DNA of 64,000 nucleotides, from NCBI GenBank assembly GCA_002104945.1, contig MCFH01000037.1, positions 372,001 to 436,000 on the forward strand. The letters are read 5' to 3'. This DNA comes from Piromyces finnis finn (lineage: Eukaryota > Fungi > Neocallimastigomycota). The position numbers and the translations under genes were made by a program. Of the stretch, positions 33,001-50,269 are shown piece after piece. How positions within the stretch are numbered: the stretch's first letter is position 1; each line of letters opens with the position of its first letter. Under the pieces are notes generated by a model. The model was given only the letters and a program-made list of their open reading frames with translations, made no database searches and was not told where the DNA came from.

Positions 33001-36000
33001 AAGAGTAAAATCGGTTTCAATCTTTAAAAATTAAATTTTTAAAGTTTTATTACCTATTTATGAATACTTATGAATACTTTCATATTACTATTCTTCATAT
33101 TAAAGCATAATAATTTATGGTAATAAAAATATTGATATAAAAAATGAATGGCTAATTTATTAAAAAAATAAAATCTTTATAACATAGTTTGTTATTTATT
33201 CAAATATAATAATATATTTTATAATTTATTCTAATAAATTGGAAATTAAGTAAAATGTTAAATTAAAAATATTACTTTACTAATAAATAAAGTTTACGTA
33301 AAAATACCTTAATATTCTTGTTAACAAATAATTTAAATTAAATTTTAATTTACTTTAATAAAATTTTAAAAAATAATTTATCAATAACATATAATGAAAT
33401 GTATTCCAATATATATTAATTTATTAATTTTTTTAAAAAAAATAGAACAAACTATATGAATTAAATATATTATTTAATTAGTTAATATATAAATGGGATA
33501 TTTATTAATTGTATTATTTTTTATTAAATTTATAAATTTTAAAATTAAAAAAGTGTCAGCAATTAACTTTAAATTTTGGATAAATTATATATATAATTGT
33601 AATATATATAAATATATATTAGATTATTTATATAATGAATTAATATTAAGCTTGTTTAATATCAAATAGTCCACATAAAAATATGATGTAATATATTATT
33701 GTATGAAATAATTAAGTGGTATGGCAAGTTTATTGGTCTTTAGTATAATGTAAAGTTTTAATAAAGGTCTAGACTACGAAATATTAAAATAGTCACAAAT
33801 ATAAATAAAGTTTTTGGTTTTATTATGGAATAATCGAATATTTTTTTTTGAACACTCATAGTAGTCCAGAACTTTAAAAAAAGAAACATGGGATGTAAAA
33901 AAAAATTAAAAAAAAAAACTTTATTATTCTATAATAATTTTTATAACAATAATAACTAAATAAAATACTGGAATATAAATAAATAAAATTATAAATAATT
34001 ATTAATAAAGAATGAAGAAAATTAAAATTACTTTATTATTATTCTTTTTTTGAAGAATGTTAAATATATCAAATAGTAATTATTTAATAATTATTTAATT
34101 AATATAATTTCAATGAAGATAATAAAAATTATATTTTCGTTAATAAAATAGATTGCAATATAAATTTGTATTTATATGTCAATAAGCTTTATTATATTAT
34201 AACCTATATTAGAATTTATATATATTATATTGTTATAATTATGTTTTTTACATTTTTTATTATTTTTTTCATATGTTTTAACAAATAGTCACTAATTAAA
34301 TGAATTAATATAAAAATATAATATATCGTAATTAGGTATAATATATTAACATTGGTTCTAACCTTTGTAAATAGTAGCTTTAAAAGTTTTAATATTTTTT
34401 AACTTCATAATAATATATTGGTTTATATAATTTTATAAAAATTTAAGTTATTATATAATGTATTAATATAATAATATTATAAATAATATTAAAAGCAATA
34501 TAAAAGCAAGTATACATCAATATATATGAATGACTTGTTATTGATTATGAAAATTAAAACTAAAGATAAATAATATTATTTTTGTAAATTTCTACTGAAA
34601 AAATTCTACTATTAAAATAGCAATCACTAATTAAAAAAAAAGAGGTTTCTTAAATTATATAAAACAGAAAAACTAAAAAGAATGCAATTCATAAAGTCAA
34701 AATAACGAAGATTTGAGTATAGAAAGAAAAATAAACACTTATTAATATTATTAAAAAAAAAAATAAGCATAATTTTTATATAATTTTCTAAATGAAATTA
34801 TTCGAATTTAAAATATAAAAATTTTTAAAAAGGAAAGATATAAAAATTAATTAAAGTAAAAGTTAACTCTCCAAAAAAATATATAACAGTATATTCATAT
34901 TCATTACGATATTGGTTCTTGATAAACATAGGATTTATATTATGATATTATGAAAGCCATAAAGATCTCTATTTATTGTGCTTATAATTTGTAATATTTT
35001 TCTTTTATTTTTCAAAGGAATATTGTATTTTAGTTAGATCATTAAAAATATTTAACCCTTTAATTAATATTTTTAACCCTTGATATAATGTTATTTATAG
35101 AAAAGAAAATTAGGATTCATAATTAAAAAGGACATAAAAATATAGTGGTAATTATATATGATAAATTAAATACATTTTTATATTATTTTATTTTTAAATA
35201 ATATACTGTATGTGGGTATTTACTATAAAGAAACTTATATATATACGTATACTAAGTAATGAATTATTTTCTATAAGATTGTTACTAAGTAATGAAATAT
35301 ATAAAAATTCAAAGTCCTGAAAATGTATAAAAAAATCATTTCATTAAAATATATATTATCAATATATTACAATATATAAAAAGAATATTAATAAATCAAA
35401 GTGTAATTTTATATTATAATTAAAATGTTTTAAATATTAAAAAAATATATAAAATAAAATTTATGAATCATAACTATTTGTAACAATATTAATCGAGGCT
35501 CAAATTTTTATAAATTGAAATGTAAAAAATTCTCAATTAATAAAAATGTGTATAAATATTTACTATATGGCTTATATATTCAAATATTGAATATGTGTAC
35601 CATTTATATCTTATAGACAAAATAAATTCTGAAGATTGAGGAATTTTTATTTTTTTAAAATTTCAACTTTTTTTTATCATCATCTTTTTTTTTGTTTTAA
35701 TATTTTTACTAATAAATCAATTAATAAAAAGTAATTTATAATAGAATATTTAAATATTAGTTGTAAATAAATTTTGTAATAAAAAGTAAGAATTTATAAA
35801 TAGCTATCAATCTTAATTGCCCAAAAAAATAAGAAAGCAGTTAATAGACTAAATATAATATAATCATAGATCATAGATTATGATTATGATTATGATTAAT
35901 TATTAATACAATTTTAAGTATATTTATTATATAATAAGAATTTCTATATATAATTACATTAATATATTTGTGTATTATATAGTAATGTATTGGTAGTAAA

Positions 36001-37404
36001 TTATAATATTATATAATAATTATAAATGGAATGTTAACTTATTATTGGCTAATTCATAAAATTTTTAATGGGAATAATTGAATAGAAAATATGAAAAATG
36101 TAATAATAATACTTAATAAAGTTTATTAAATTTTAATTTTATTATTTATTAAAAATGTATTTTTGTTAATTTTATAAAAATAAAATTTATTATGAAAAAT
36201 ATATTTTTATTATATAGTTTTTATAGAGGAAGTGTGTATTTTATATTATAATTTATTATATTTTATTATTCAATATGATATATATTAGCTTTATTATAAT
36301 TACTACTGCTTTATATATTATATTACAGTATATAAAAATACATTTTTTTATATAATCTTATGGAAAAAAATAGAATTTAGTAGGACATTTTTATTTTGAA
36401 TTAATTTTTATCCACCACAATTCTTCTAAACATATCAAATATTTACATAAATATAATTTATTATAATATATTCCTCTTTTTATTATTTATGTTATAAAAT
36501 ATATTTATTATATATATAATATATTTATTATTTGTACTTATAATATTGCTAATCCCAAAAAAGACAAACAGCCAAGGTCTAGATTTTTTTTAACTTTTAA
36601 TTTTTAATAAAAACAAGAAAAAAATGGCGAAATAGAATATTTTTAATATTTTTTTAAGAAAAATTCGGTAAACCTATTATTTTTGTTAAATAGTATATAA
36701 TATATAATATATATATGCAATGCAATTATAATATATATTCAATATAATTATATAATTTACATTATATAACAATATAATTTACTAATATATAACAATAAAT
36801 TATTATATATAATAATATATAGGCTTTTTTTTTTAAAAAAAGAATTCTTAAAATTGGTATAGTATAACAAATAGTTTGAAAATAGAGTTATAATTTAAGA
36901 TATAAATATTATTTAGTATACTTATTATTGGTATTAATAAAATATTTACTCAATAAGACTTAAGCATTTTATGTATTAATTATATAACAATAATAACAAT
37001 GAAGTACAATGAAATATTAATGGAATATAATTTATAATTTTACTTGAAAAAAAAAAGTTTGAAAATTCTTAAAACCTTTTTTTTTAACTCCTTTTTTTAT
37101 ATAATATATAGTCTTTATTTTTTAGTTTAAGAAATTGAACACTATTTTATTAACTTAATTATACTATTACCAAATATAGAAATAAAATTTTATGAAGATG
37201 ATCCGTCTTCCTATTTGATTGGAAGTTTTAATGATTTTGACATTGAGTTAATTAGTTTATTAATTAGATTCATTATTTAGTGAAACATTTGATTTGTTGG
37301 TATTAATTCATGACAATGAATTAATATTTCCATATATAGTAATCATTTTTTTATTGAAATATTACTGAAATACCTGTTTCTTTTTATAGAAAATATCAAA
37401 TACT

Positions 37405-37436
<32 letters not shown>

Positions 37437-37447
37437 AAAAAAAAAAA

Positions 37448-37703
<256 letters not shown>

Positions 37704-40080
37704 ATAAATTATGGTATTTTTAATTTCTAGCATATTGGTAAGTTAAAATTGTAATAAAAATCCAATTTTTATCTGTTCTTTTTTTTTTTTTTTTAACATT
37801 ATTAAAAACTAAATTAAAAATATTAATTTTTCGAAAAAATGTAGATGTACTAATGTATAGCTAATTTTGCATACATTTTAATCAAGAAAATTTAAAGATA
37901 TATCATTCATTTTAATAAAAATCAAATATATTAAAACAGCTTTTGATTTTTAATAGCATCTAGGTTTTTTTTGGTGTGCTTTTATTTTAATACGAATTAA
38001 TATTTATTGTTAATGGATATAATAATATTATTATAAATTATTAGAATATAAGAATATAATATTCTTATATATTTTAATCATAAAAAAAATCTAAATTAGT
38101 GAGCGAGTGGATTGTACACTCAAATGGCTTTTTTTATTATATCTTGGCCACTTTTTTTTTTAAATATGATATATATCTATATATTACATTATAATATAAT
38201 ATACTATAATATTGTATATTTATTAGATGATACATTTTAATATATTTTTTATTATTATTTAATTTAACAAATTTCAAATTATTATTATAATATATAATGA
38301 ATATATTTTATATATATTTTTACAGTTTCTTCTTTTATTTATATTTTTTATTAATTAAATTAAAATAAATTAAAAAATTAAAAAACTTATTAATTAAATA
38401 AAACAATATATTAAAGTTAATATAATTTTTTATTATTTTTTTTAAACTTTTTTTATATGTTAAAAGAAAGAAAAAATTGTTTTAAATTTTATGCTATGCT
38501 ATATATTTCTATTCTTTTTTTTTTTTATAATATATATAATTTTTTTTAAAATATTGATTATAATAATATTTTATAGAGAAATAGTCATATTAATATTAAA
38601 ATATTTTTTAATATCTTTTTGTAATAAATATCTTAAACTATTATATATTATATTTTTGTGATATATTATTTAATATATAATTTTTTTTTAATAATGCCGT
38701 TTTATAATGTATTAAAACTTTATCAAACAAAACCGAGTAAATTTTATAATTTTTGATGAACATTTTAATTATATCCTTTAAATTATAATTATTAAAAATT
38801 TATTAATTATTAACTAGGCTAAGGTTCGTGTTTATTAAAATTTACTTTTTAAGTATATTTTTATATGAAGTATTTTTTTATTGGATATTCATATTATTAA
38901 TTTTTTATTATCGTATAAATCCTATAATTATGAATATTAAGTATATCTATTTTTATCTATTTGTTTTACTTTTATTATTATATAGGAGTAAAAATGATTT
39001 CATTAAGTATTTGTATAATATTTTATTTTCTGGAAAAATGGGTCTTTTTTTAACTAATATATATAGTCACTTTTAAAAGTCACTTATTTTATATATATAT
39101 ATATATATATATACTGTAAATTATATGCAATAAAAATTTAAGTTTTTTATAATCTGTAGTATAATAAAAGTTTTGTTTTTGTAGTAGATTGGATTGAACA
39201 TGTGGTTTCTTTCAATATAACTAATTTAGGTAAGATCTTATAGAACGAGCCTATTTATTTTATTGTTTCCCGTAAATAAAATGAAAAAAAAATAAAGGTT
39301 TAAATAAAAAATGCAAGAAAAAAAAAAGACCGGATTTTTATATAAAAATCATATAATATTGAAATAAAAATATATAGGAATAAAAAAAGGCCTTTTATTA
39401 TTAACGAATTATTTCATATACCAAATATACCTAATAGCAAAATGTTACTATTAGCTTTTTTTCAACAAGCAATATTTAATTGCAATAGGTAAAAAGTGGA
39501 TAAATGAATTGAATTTTTGAAATAAATTATTTTTTTAATTTATATATTAATTCTATTTTTAAAATTTATTTAGAAATATTATAATAAAATAGGTCCAAAC
39601 TCTGTTTAATAGAATAAAATAGAAATGATAATATTATATTATAAGAAAATTTAATATTTTGATAATAAGATATTAGTTTAGCTACATTATATATAGGATT
39701 TTATAATATCGTTTTATTCTCTCCAAAGTCTTCTTACATAAAAAATTGAAAAGACTAATTTTAAAAAATGATCTATTATATTTTTAATTAGATCTAAAAA
39801 TTTGTAAAAATTCTAAAATTCAAAATTATAATAATTAAAGTTGTATATATATAAGAAAATACTATTTGTTATAATTTTATTGGATTTTAGTTTTGAGAAT
39901 ATAATTTTATCATTTTTTTAATTATATATTATAAATTTAATTATTTTTATAATATTTATTCCAAAATGATAATCATTATAAAGATTTCATATTTGTTTGT
40001 ATTATCATAGAATATAAAATAAATTAATATTTATAAATGAACTTGTAACATATGATCAAGCTATTATTATTATAATTATG

Positions 40081-40183
<103 letters not shown>

Positions 40184-40214
40184 TATAAAGTTATATATAA
40201 ATTTTAACTTATTT

Positions 40215-40372
40215 TAAATAAATAAATAAACTATTAAAAGTACATAATAATACTTTAAGATATTAAACTATTTTAATTAGAGACTTTTTTTTTTAAATAA
40301 ATAAATAAACTATTAAAAGTACATAATAATACTTTAAGATATTAAACTATTTTAATTAGAGACTTTTTTTTT
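40215..40372. repeat. Tandem duplication of a ~79-bp unit
   Basis: TAAATAAATAAATAAACTATTAAAAGTACATAATAATACTTTAAGATATTAAACTATTTTAATTAGAGACTTTTTTTTT occurs twice in tandem. Confidence 0.88.
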
Positions 40373-43300
40373 AATGAATAAATAAAATATTATTATAGAG
40401 CATATATTCAAAATTATATTCCATTAAAAATAAAGATTATAATTATTAGGATTTAATAATGATAATAATAATAATAGCAACAACAATAATGAAGGTATTA
40501 TTATAAATGTTTAAATATATAAGATTTTTTAAAAATTATATTTAATTGAAAAAGTTTTTTTTTTATTAGAAGAAAAAAAATTGTATTATACAATATAGCT
40601 TTATTACATCTCTAATTGAAGATTAATCAGATTGAATTATCAGTTTTATCATTTATATATTAATTTATATTAATTTATCAAATAATTAAGAAAAGCGCTA
40701 ACTTTAAAAGTTTTTTCTTTATTAGTTATATTAATGTGTGTATATATTTTTCAATTTCTCATTCACAATATTTTTTTTATTACACTTGATATTATAATGA
40801 GTTATAAATTTTATCTTAAAAAATAATTTGTAGTTCCTAAATTTTATTCGATTATATAATAAAATATGGAAGCTATTTTTTTTACATTTAATAATAAGGA
40901 AAGGAAAAGTAATATTCTTTTAATGAAAAATATATTATTTTATCATATTAATAATTAAAAATCTTTATATATTTATCTACCGCATCTTTTTTATTTTTCT
41001 TCATTTCTTACTATAACTAATTAATATATGGATTATTATAATAAAAATGTATTTTACTATTATAGTTAGTATTTTCCTATTATTTAATTAAACATATTAT
41101 GATTTTAATATAATTTAAATAATTTTAAATTATTGATATTGTTTTTTTTTTTAAGTTTTGATGCTAACTTTATTAAAATGATAATTCTATATTAATTATA
41201 TATCTATAATATGTTTATCCATATATTATTAGTAAAATCAAATAAAAGAAAATTTCTTTGAATTCTTAGAATTCTATTTGTTAATATTTTATATTATATT
41301 TTATCATATATTTCCATAATAATTGTAATATATACTATATATTAAACAATAAAAAATAATTAAACTTGCAAAATTTACTTTTATGGTTATATTAAATATT
41401 ACTTAAAATGAACACAAATTAAATTGAAATTAAAAAATAAATCTTCATTTAAAAAAGTAAAGAATATTAAGATACATTTCTTATTCTTATTATTGTAATT
41501 CATTTTATTATGTAAAAGCTAATATTAATAATAAGAATAATAATTTCGTACTTATTATTGTTTTATTGTTCTATTACTTTATGTCATTTTATAAAAGGTC
41601 AAATCCAATGATGACAATTATTTTATTTAATATTATAAACTATGATTTCAAATAATTTTGGTGAATTAAAAGCTATACATATATGAATACTTTTTTTTTA
41701 ATAAAATAAAGAATTTAAAGTTTCATTGTAATATAATGTTTATAAACAAACTAATAAATAACAATATAATAAATATTATAACTGATTTAATAAAAGTGAA
41801 ACAGATCAAATATTATAAAAAAGTGATAGCTTATTTCTTATTACCTTTAGATTTTAATTATCTATAATATACCATGTGAATGAATTATCATTATTGAATA
41901 ATATAGCTATTTGATATAGAATAAGAAATAAGAATAGATATTGAAAAAATGAACAGAGTAGGTAAGTACGTTAAAATGATTAGAACGAGTTAATTAGATA
42001 AATTACTAATGATAAAATTTTGCTAATATGCATTATTTTTTTTGATAGCAGCTATTTTTTAATTCATACTATATAATTATTAATATATATTAATAAATGT
42101 TCAATCCTTTTTTTATAAGTTCTATTTTTTTATTCGATGAATATACTATTTAAAATGTTAATAATGTTAATTGTTTGGCTAGTTGAAATCGTTATAAATT
42201 CTCATTACCTACATTTAAATTTTAACCTGGTTTTCTACTATCATTATTAGAATCATCGTGTAGTATATATTAATCTATTGAAAGTAGTATCCAAAATCAC
42301 GTGGTACCATAGGATTTCTCCAAAAGATAAAGTTAATTATTATAAAAATTTTATCATAACTTTATCATAAAATAATTATTGTATTTATGTAATGTAATCT
42401 TTAATATCAAAATAAAATATTCATTAATGGTAATTTAAATATTATAATAATTAATAAGAATAGTAATTTTTATTTTTTTCTTTTTATATCGTAGAAGAGG
42501 AATAAATAAAAAAAAAAAAAAAGGAATAAGGTATTTATAGTATTTTAATAATAATATCATAGTTAATGATTATATTTATATATAATTAATTAAAATAAAA
42601 TAGATAAAAACATTATTTTTTTATATATTTATAATATAATAAGATATTATAGCTGACTTTAAATATTATTCTTTAAAAGCAATATAATATTTTAATTTTC
42701 GTATAATTTTTTTATTAATTATTTTTTATATATATTTATACATGTAATTTAAAAGAGTGTTTAATTAAATGATATGATATTAATGATATGTAATTTGAGT
42801 TATTTTTAAATATAATTTTATAAAAGTTATATATATTTTATATTTGAAAAAAATGGTTTGAATGATTATGAATATTAAACATTACTTATATATTCATTAT
42901 TATTAAATAATACCTTCTTTTGATATAGAAATATCTTTTTTTTTTTTATATATATATATTTTATTACTTTAAATTGTATATAAATTTTAAGTATTGTATT
43001 GATAAGCATTATTTCTTAATAATTAATTAAATAAATAATTAATAATAATAATGATAATATAATAAAATAGAATGTTTAAAAACTTTGATAAATGAGAATC
43101 ATTTTTAGTTGTTAAGATTTTATGGGTTTTATAGATGAAAGAGAAGATTAACTAATTTCAACTAATTTTTTTTTTTTTTTTAAAAAATAAATATTAAAGT
43201 ATTATTCAGTTATTTAAATTATTTAAAAATAACAATTTTTTTTTTTTATTTTATTTACTATAAATAATTATAACAATATATAATATATATAGAATTTATT

Positions 43301-43823
43301 TCTTTTTCTTTGTATTATAATAATTATAATTATTCTTGGTTAACAAAAGTTTAAAAAAAATGATAAAAAAAAAAAAAAGTTGTTTCATGTAAACTTTCAA
43401 AAAAGTAAGTTTTTTTTTTACTAACTATAATATATATAAGTATTAAACAATACAATAATAAACTTTAATAATAATTCTTTTATAGTTGTAATAGTTGTAA
43501 TATATATTTATTTTTTTAAAGTATAATTTGTTAATTTCATTCTTTTTATAAAGAATGTTTCAAAGAAAATTTTTACCATTTGCTTTTTTTTTTCTTTTTT
43601 TTTTACGACATTTAATATTATGAGGGTTGATTCATTTCTTATTTAATCGTTTTTTTATTCCTTTACTAATTCTTTTTAAATGTATTCATTAAATTTTTAA
43701 TTAAAAATAATATAACTTTTAAAAGAGGTATTGCTCAAAGAAATCTATTTTTTTTTTTTTTTTTTTTTTTCAGAATTTAAGTAACCAAATCAATATTATT
43801 TTTTGCTTCTGATTTATCTTCTC

Positions 43824-43826
<3 letters not shown>

Positions 43827-43880
<54 letters not shown>
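43827..43880. repeat. (ATT)n microsatellite
   Basis: Direct reading. Confidence 0.9.
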
Positions 43881-43881
<1 letters not shown>

Positions 43882-44194
43882 GCTATTTTTTTTTAAACTT
43901 AACATGAAACTGATTGTTGATATTGATAAAAATATTTGTCAGAAGTTAATGTATGGTTTTACAAACATTTATTAACATCACTTTATATTATTTTCAATAT
44001 ATTATTCATCAGGGTTTAATAAAAATACATAGAAAATAAAAATGATATATATATATTTATTGTGATTAAATATATAAAATATATATTTGTTTTATATATT
44101 TTCATAATACCATTTAATCTTTTTACTTTGATAATTTGAGTTTATGAGAATTATAACTATCATCTGGCTCATTAATTAGTAAATTAATAAATTA

Positions 44195-44484
<290 letters not shown>

Positions 44485-46954
44485 ACCAAATAAATTAACC
44501 AAAAGCTCAACAATATAATTATTTTTATAAGTAAAAGACAAAGTAAAAAATAATATAAAACTTATGTATTACTAAGTTTTAAAGAGTTATTAATATTAAG
44601 AGGGATTTTATATATATATATATACTTTATATTCTTTTCTGTTTTTAGTTAAAATATGAAATAAATAATTTTTTGAAAGTAATAAATAAATTAACTACTA
44701 TTAATTTTATTATTATTTTTAGTTAAAAGTTTTAAAAAGATCATTGTTGAGTTTATGATTTTTCTAAATATTCTTTTAAACTAGTAATATGTTAATATTG
44801 CCCTTTGTGGCAATGAAGTATATAAATATGATTATTTATAATGTCCATATTCAAATAATTTAAATAATTATTAAAAAAGGTTCATAATACTCAAAATTTT
44901 TATAAGTTTTGAAGTAATATGCCATTATTTTCATTATATATGAATTTTTTTTAGAATAATATCATTTCTGGTAATTATAGAAATCAATAACATTACCATT
45001 GAAGTAATTAATCATTGCATATTTTACCATATTTTATAGTAGTAATTAAATAAGTGTTTATTTCTATTATAATGAAGATAATTGTATAAAAAAAGTGATA
45101 TATTATATTATAAATTATATTTTTATTAATTATATTTTATTATATGAAACTTTAATTAATAAATCAGTATATACAGAATATTATATTATAATTATTATAA
45201 ATAAGAATTAAATAATTAGTACAGAATACATTGTCCATCCATACAATGATATTGCTAATCTATATAAATATTATTATAGTAGTATGATGAAATTAATATT
45301 ATACTTTAAGTAAGCATTATTATCAACATTTAGTTGTAATTGATATATATATATTTTTATAATTTATGTTTAGAAATAAAATTGAAAATACATTTCTAAT
45401 TATTCATATACTTTAATTTTTTTTGAGACCCATATCCAGCAATTTTACTAATGAAATAATAACTATTAGTACAAATATCCCATTTTTAGATATAACAATA
45501 TCAAAGGAATTATTGTGTATTGTGAAAAATTACTATCTATTATATAATGATTTTGTTCTTCCAGTATAAAAAGATGGAAAGAAGAGAAGTTATCGTAATT
45601 TTAGTGAATATAAATAAATTTTTGATTCTTATTAAATTACTAATTTTATCTTTGAAGTATTGTAGAATTTATAGTATATCTTTGATAATTATTGTTTTTT
45701 ACCATAATTTATACCATAATTTATATTTTCAGTTAAATAATAGCTAAATATCCTCATATTAAGATAAACTCTTTTCTGAGTTAATAACTTTTAATTTATA
45801 TATTTTTTTGTTTTCTTTTCTAAATAACATCAAATATAATATTTATTTTTTAGTAAGGACCATCATTCATTTTTTTTTTCAATTCATTACTATTTTGATA
45901 TTAAATTTGGTTATTAATTTCCATTAATTTCCATATTTAACTTAATGAAAAACAACAACAACAGCATATTCTTCATAGTTAACATTTAATTATTTCATAT
46001 TTTTATTCAATTTACTAAATAATAAATAATTCTAATTTGTTGAGATTTAAATAAAATAATACAATTTGATGAAGAAAGAAATATGATTAAAAATTCAAAT
46101 AACTATAATGAATTAAATAGTAGTTGGAAATAAAGAAATTTACTAATAGTCAATAGTTATAAAGAATAACCGAAGATTATTTGTTTTATTTGCATAATTT
46201 AAAATGGATAATATTTACATTATTAAGTATTATTATTAAATATTATTAGAATCTTAAATTTTTTGTTTGTGTATATTAATATTTAAATTTAAGTCATAAT
46301 ATATAATTTGAAAAAAAAAAAAAAATTGAATGTAACTTTTTTTTTTCTCTTTAATAGTTTAATAAATTTCAATTATTTTTTAAAATAAAATAAAAAAGAA
46401 TTATAATAATATGTTAGTGTTAATAGATTTCTTAAAAAAAAAAAAAAACTATTCAGTACAGTCAAACTCCCTCTTTTTTTTTTTTCAATTCATTATAATC
46501 TTGATACTTTTATATCTTAGAGTAATGTTATTATAATAAGAAATAATATTTATTAAAAATAACTTTTTTATCATAAAAAGTATGATATTAATACAAATAC
46601 TTCTTATAATAACAATAAGATTTAGCATGTAATTGAAAAAATATTTAAATATGATAATACTTATTGTTTTAACAAATTGCAATAATTTCTTATAATTAAA
46701 TATAAAGAAGATAATTATTAAAATATTGTAATAGTAATCAATCATTTATGGATATAGCAAACTATATACTGCTATATACTATTTGAGTTATTGATTTAAT
46801 CATATAATTTAAAAATTAAATATATTATGTTTAATAAGTAAAATTTTGATTAAAAATCATAAGAATTCTGTGGTTATATATATACAACCATAGATATATT
46901 AACTTTTTTTTAAACTTTTTTTTTAATTAAATTTTAAAAATTAAGTGTTATTTG

Positions 46955-47150
<196 letters not shown>

Positions 47151-48368
47151 ATATTATAATTACCAAAAACTTGGTAAAAAATTAAATCAATAAATTTATA
47201 TGCTTAATTCCATAAATTATCCAATCATCACATTGATCTTAATTAAAAATCTTTAAAAATATGATTAATTATCATATTTTTTTATTATAATTAAGGTTTT
47301 AATATTATAATTATGATAAAAGTATATTAAAAAAGAAATAGTACAAAATTTATTGAAAGTTTGATTAATTATTATTTTCATATTTTTATTAATTAAAATT
47401 ATTAATCACCACAATATTTATATATTATTTATATAGCTATTATATTTTTAATATATGTTAAAGATTCATTTATGTAATATATACAAATAACTATAATTTA
47501 TTTATATAATCATAAACAAAAATAAACAAAAAGGATCATATTATTAATATTATAAAAAAGTAAAATATCCCTTTTTTTTTCTTTATATTTTTTTTTATTA
47601 CTAAATTATTGATTTTAGTAAATTATTCCATTATAATTGTTGAATATTATTATATATTTTCAATATTTATACTATTACTTGGTGATAGTTTCTCTCATAT
47701 TTTTTTTTAAAAAGTAAATATTAACATAATGAAAAATATTTTATGGCTTTTTAAGAATAATAAAAAATTATTTTTTTCATAGAAGACGTTTCAATGTTGG
47801 GAAATAGTAATACAATTATGATTAAATAAAATTATATGATGCATATGCATTTAATTACAACAGTATCATGTAGAGCAAAATTAGCATATACAGTAATATA
47901 TATATATATATATATATATATGAAAAAAGAAATAATTTAAAGTTAACAATTTATTATCAATGTCGTTATGATGAAATAATGAAAATAATAAAATAAATTG
48001 TCCATAAGGTTTATATTCAAACAAGTAAAGAAACAAACAAAACAAAACGAACAACTAAACAAACAAAACATTTTATTCAATAGTTATTTAATTTAATGAT
48101 AAGGAATGTCAATAAATTGCAAAGTGAAAATAAAAAGATAATTTATATAATAGTAAAAAAGTAATAATTGATAATTGGTATATAGTTGAATATATATTAT
48201 TAATTTATTATTTATATTTATATTTAAATGATTTGAGAAAAATTACGTTTGTATTAAAGCAACAAATAATAAGAAACTAAATTTTTCATTATATATTTTT
48301 TTATTTCTATTTAAAATCATATTTATTAAAGTTTATTTATATAGATAAATAAACCTTCTGTAATAATA

Positions 48369-48723
48369 ATGGAGTACAAGCAAGTTTTATATGGTAATTT
48401 CATGAAAGTTCTTTAAACATTATTGTTAATAATTATACATTTATATACAAAAATTATACAAAATTATTTGATAATATTTTTTTTTTGGTAAATTAAATAT
48501 TGTTATATATTTAAATATTAATATGTATATTTACTTTTAATAATAAAAGAATTATCAAGAAAAGAAGGAAATAATGTTTGTATCGATTGTGGAGCACCAA
48601 ATCCACAATGGTAAGTGTACAATATTTAATATAAATAGAATAATAGAATAATATTATAATTGTAATTTAAATATTTTATGATATTATATCTTTGTGAATA
48701 ATTTCGTTATTTAATATTTAATA

Positions 48724-48754
<31 letters not shown>

Positions 48755-50269
48755 TTTTAATTTTTAATATGGACTATTATTCTTTTGATGACATATATAT
48801 TTTTATTCTATCATTAATTATCATATAAAATTTCATATAAAATTATTGAAAATCATCATTGAAAACCTGGGAATAGGGCTAGTGTTACATATGGTATTTT
48901 CTTCTGTTTAAATTGTTCAGGTATTCATCGTTCTTTAGGTGTTCATATTAGTTTTGTTCGTTCCATTACTATGGATAAATGGTCAGATGATCAATTAAAG
49001 AAGATGGAAAATGGAGGTAATTCCAAGGCACTTCAATTCTTTAGTTCACAACCTGATTATCATGAAGGAATGTCTATTAAAGAAAAGTATAATTCTAACT
49101 TTGCTCGCTTATATCGAGAAAAGTTACAAGCAGAATGTGAAGGTAGAGTTTGGGTAGCCCCACCAGCTAATCAATTACCACCCGCTGCCAAGAATGAGAA
49201 TTCCAATTTTGGTAATAATTCCGGTTTTGGTAATAATTCTGGTTTTGGTAGTGGTAGTAGAACTAACTCATGGGGTAATTTCAATAATAACAATAGTTTT
49301 GGAACCAATAGTAACAACAATGGATTTGGCTCTAATAGTAGTTTTGGCCAAAAGAATAATGGATTTGGATCGAATAATGGATTTGGCTCTAATAGAAATA
49401 GTTTTGGCTCATTTAGTGATATTAACATCAACAACAGCAATAATAACAATAGTAATGGAAGTAATGGCAATAATGCACAAGCCATGTTTATTCCAGATCG
49501 AGCCAAGAATGAAGAATTCTTTGCTAGAAAGGGTAGAGAAAATGAAAATAGAAGAGATGACATTCCACCAAGTCAAGGTGGTAAATACACAGGATTTGGA
49601 AGTACACCACTTCATAGCCAACCTCAAAATCAAAATGAAAGTCTTGCACAAATTCAAAGAGGACTTTCTTCAGGATGGAATTTCTTAGCACAAACAGCCA
49701 TGGCAGGAGTTAAGTTTGCACAAGTTGGAGCTAGTCATATTAATGAAAATTATATTAAGCCAGCATCAGAAGCAGTTCGTGATCCAAACTTTACACAAAA
49801 TCTCGGTACATATGCTGAAAGCTTTAGACGTACCGTTTCAGAAAAGGCATCCCAAGCAGCAGGACAAATTAGTCAAGCCTATCAAAACTATCAAAATGGA
49901 GGATATAATTCCAATCGTATGTCTAGAAATGAACCTTATGTTGTTAAGGATGAAAATAATAATGGATTTAGAAATAATAACAACAACAATAATAACAATG
50001 GATTTGGAAGTAATAATAATAATTTCTTTAACAACAACAACAATAATAATAACAATAACTCAGGTAGTTTTGGAAGTTTAAACAATAATAATAACAATAA
50101 CTCAGGTAGTTTTGGAAGTTTAAACAATAATAATTCAGGTAGTTTTGGTAGTTTTGGAAGCTTAAACAACAACAACAACAACAACAACAATTCAAGTAGT
50201 TTTTCAAATACTCAAAACCGAAATAATAATAAAAATTCAAAATGGGAAGATGATTGGGGTGACTTCTAA
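48369..50269 (+). CDS. GCS1: ArfGAP1/Gcs1-type ARF GTPase-activating protein, copy 1; exons 48369-48393, 48550-48610, 48877-50269
   Basis: Spliced zinc finger [65 protein letters not shown], ALPS-like LSSGWNFL and C-terminal WEDDWGDF; both introns are GT..AG and in frame. Confidence 0.92.

Noticed and set aside
37190-37380. Possible C/D snoRNA or gene relic (ATGAAGATGATCC...CTGA)
   Set aside because: Box motifs are weak, no terminal stem or rRNA-complementary guide was identified, and such motifs arise easily in AT-rich DNA.
44760-46200. Possible decayed coding sequence (codon-like stretches on the minus strand)
   Set aside because: All frames are repeatedly interrupted and no family motif is recognisable; a tBLASTn/BLASTx hit would be needed.
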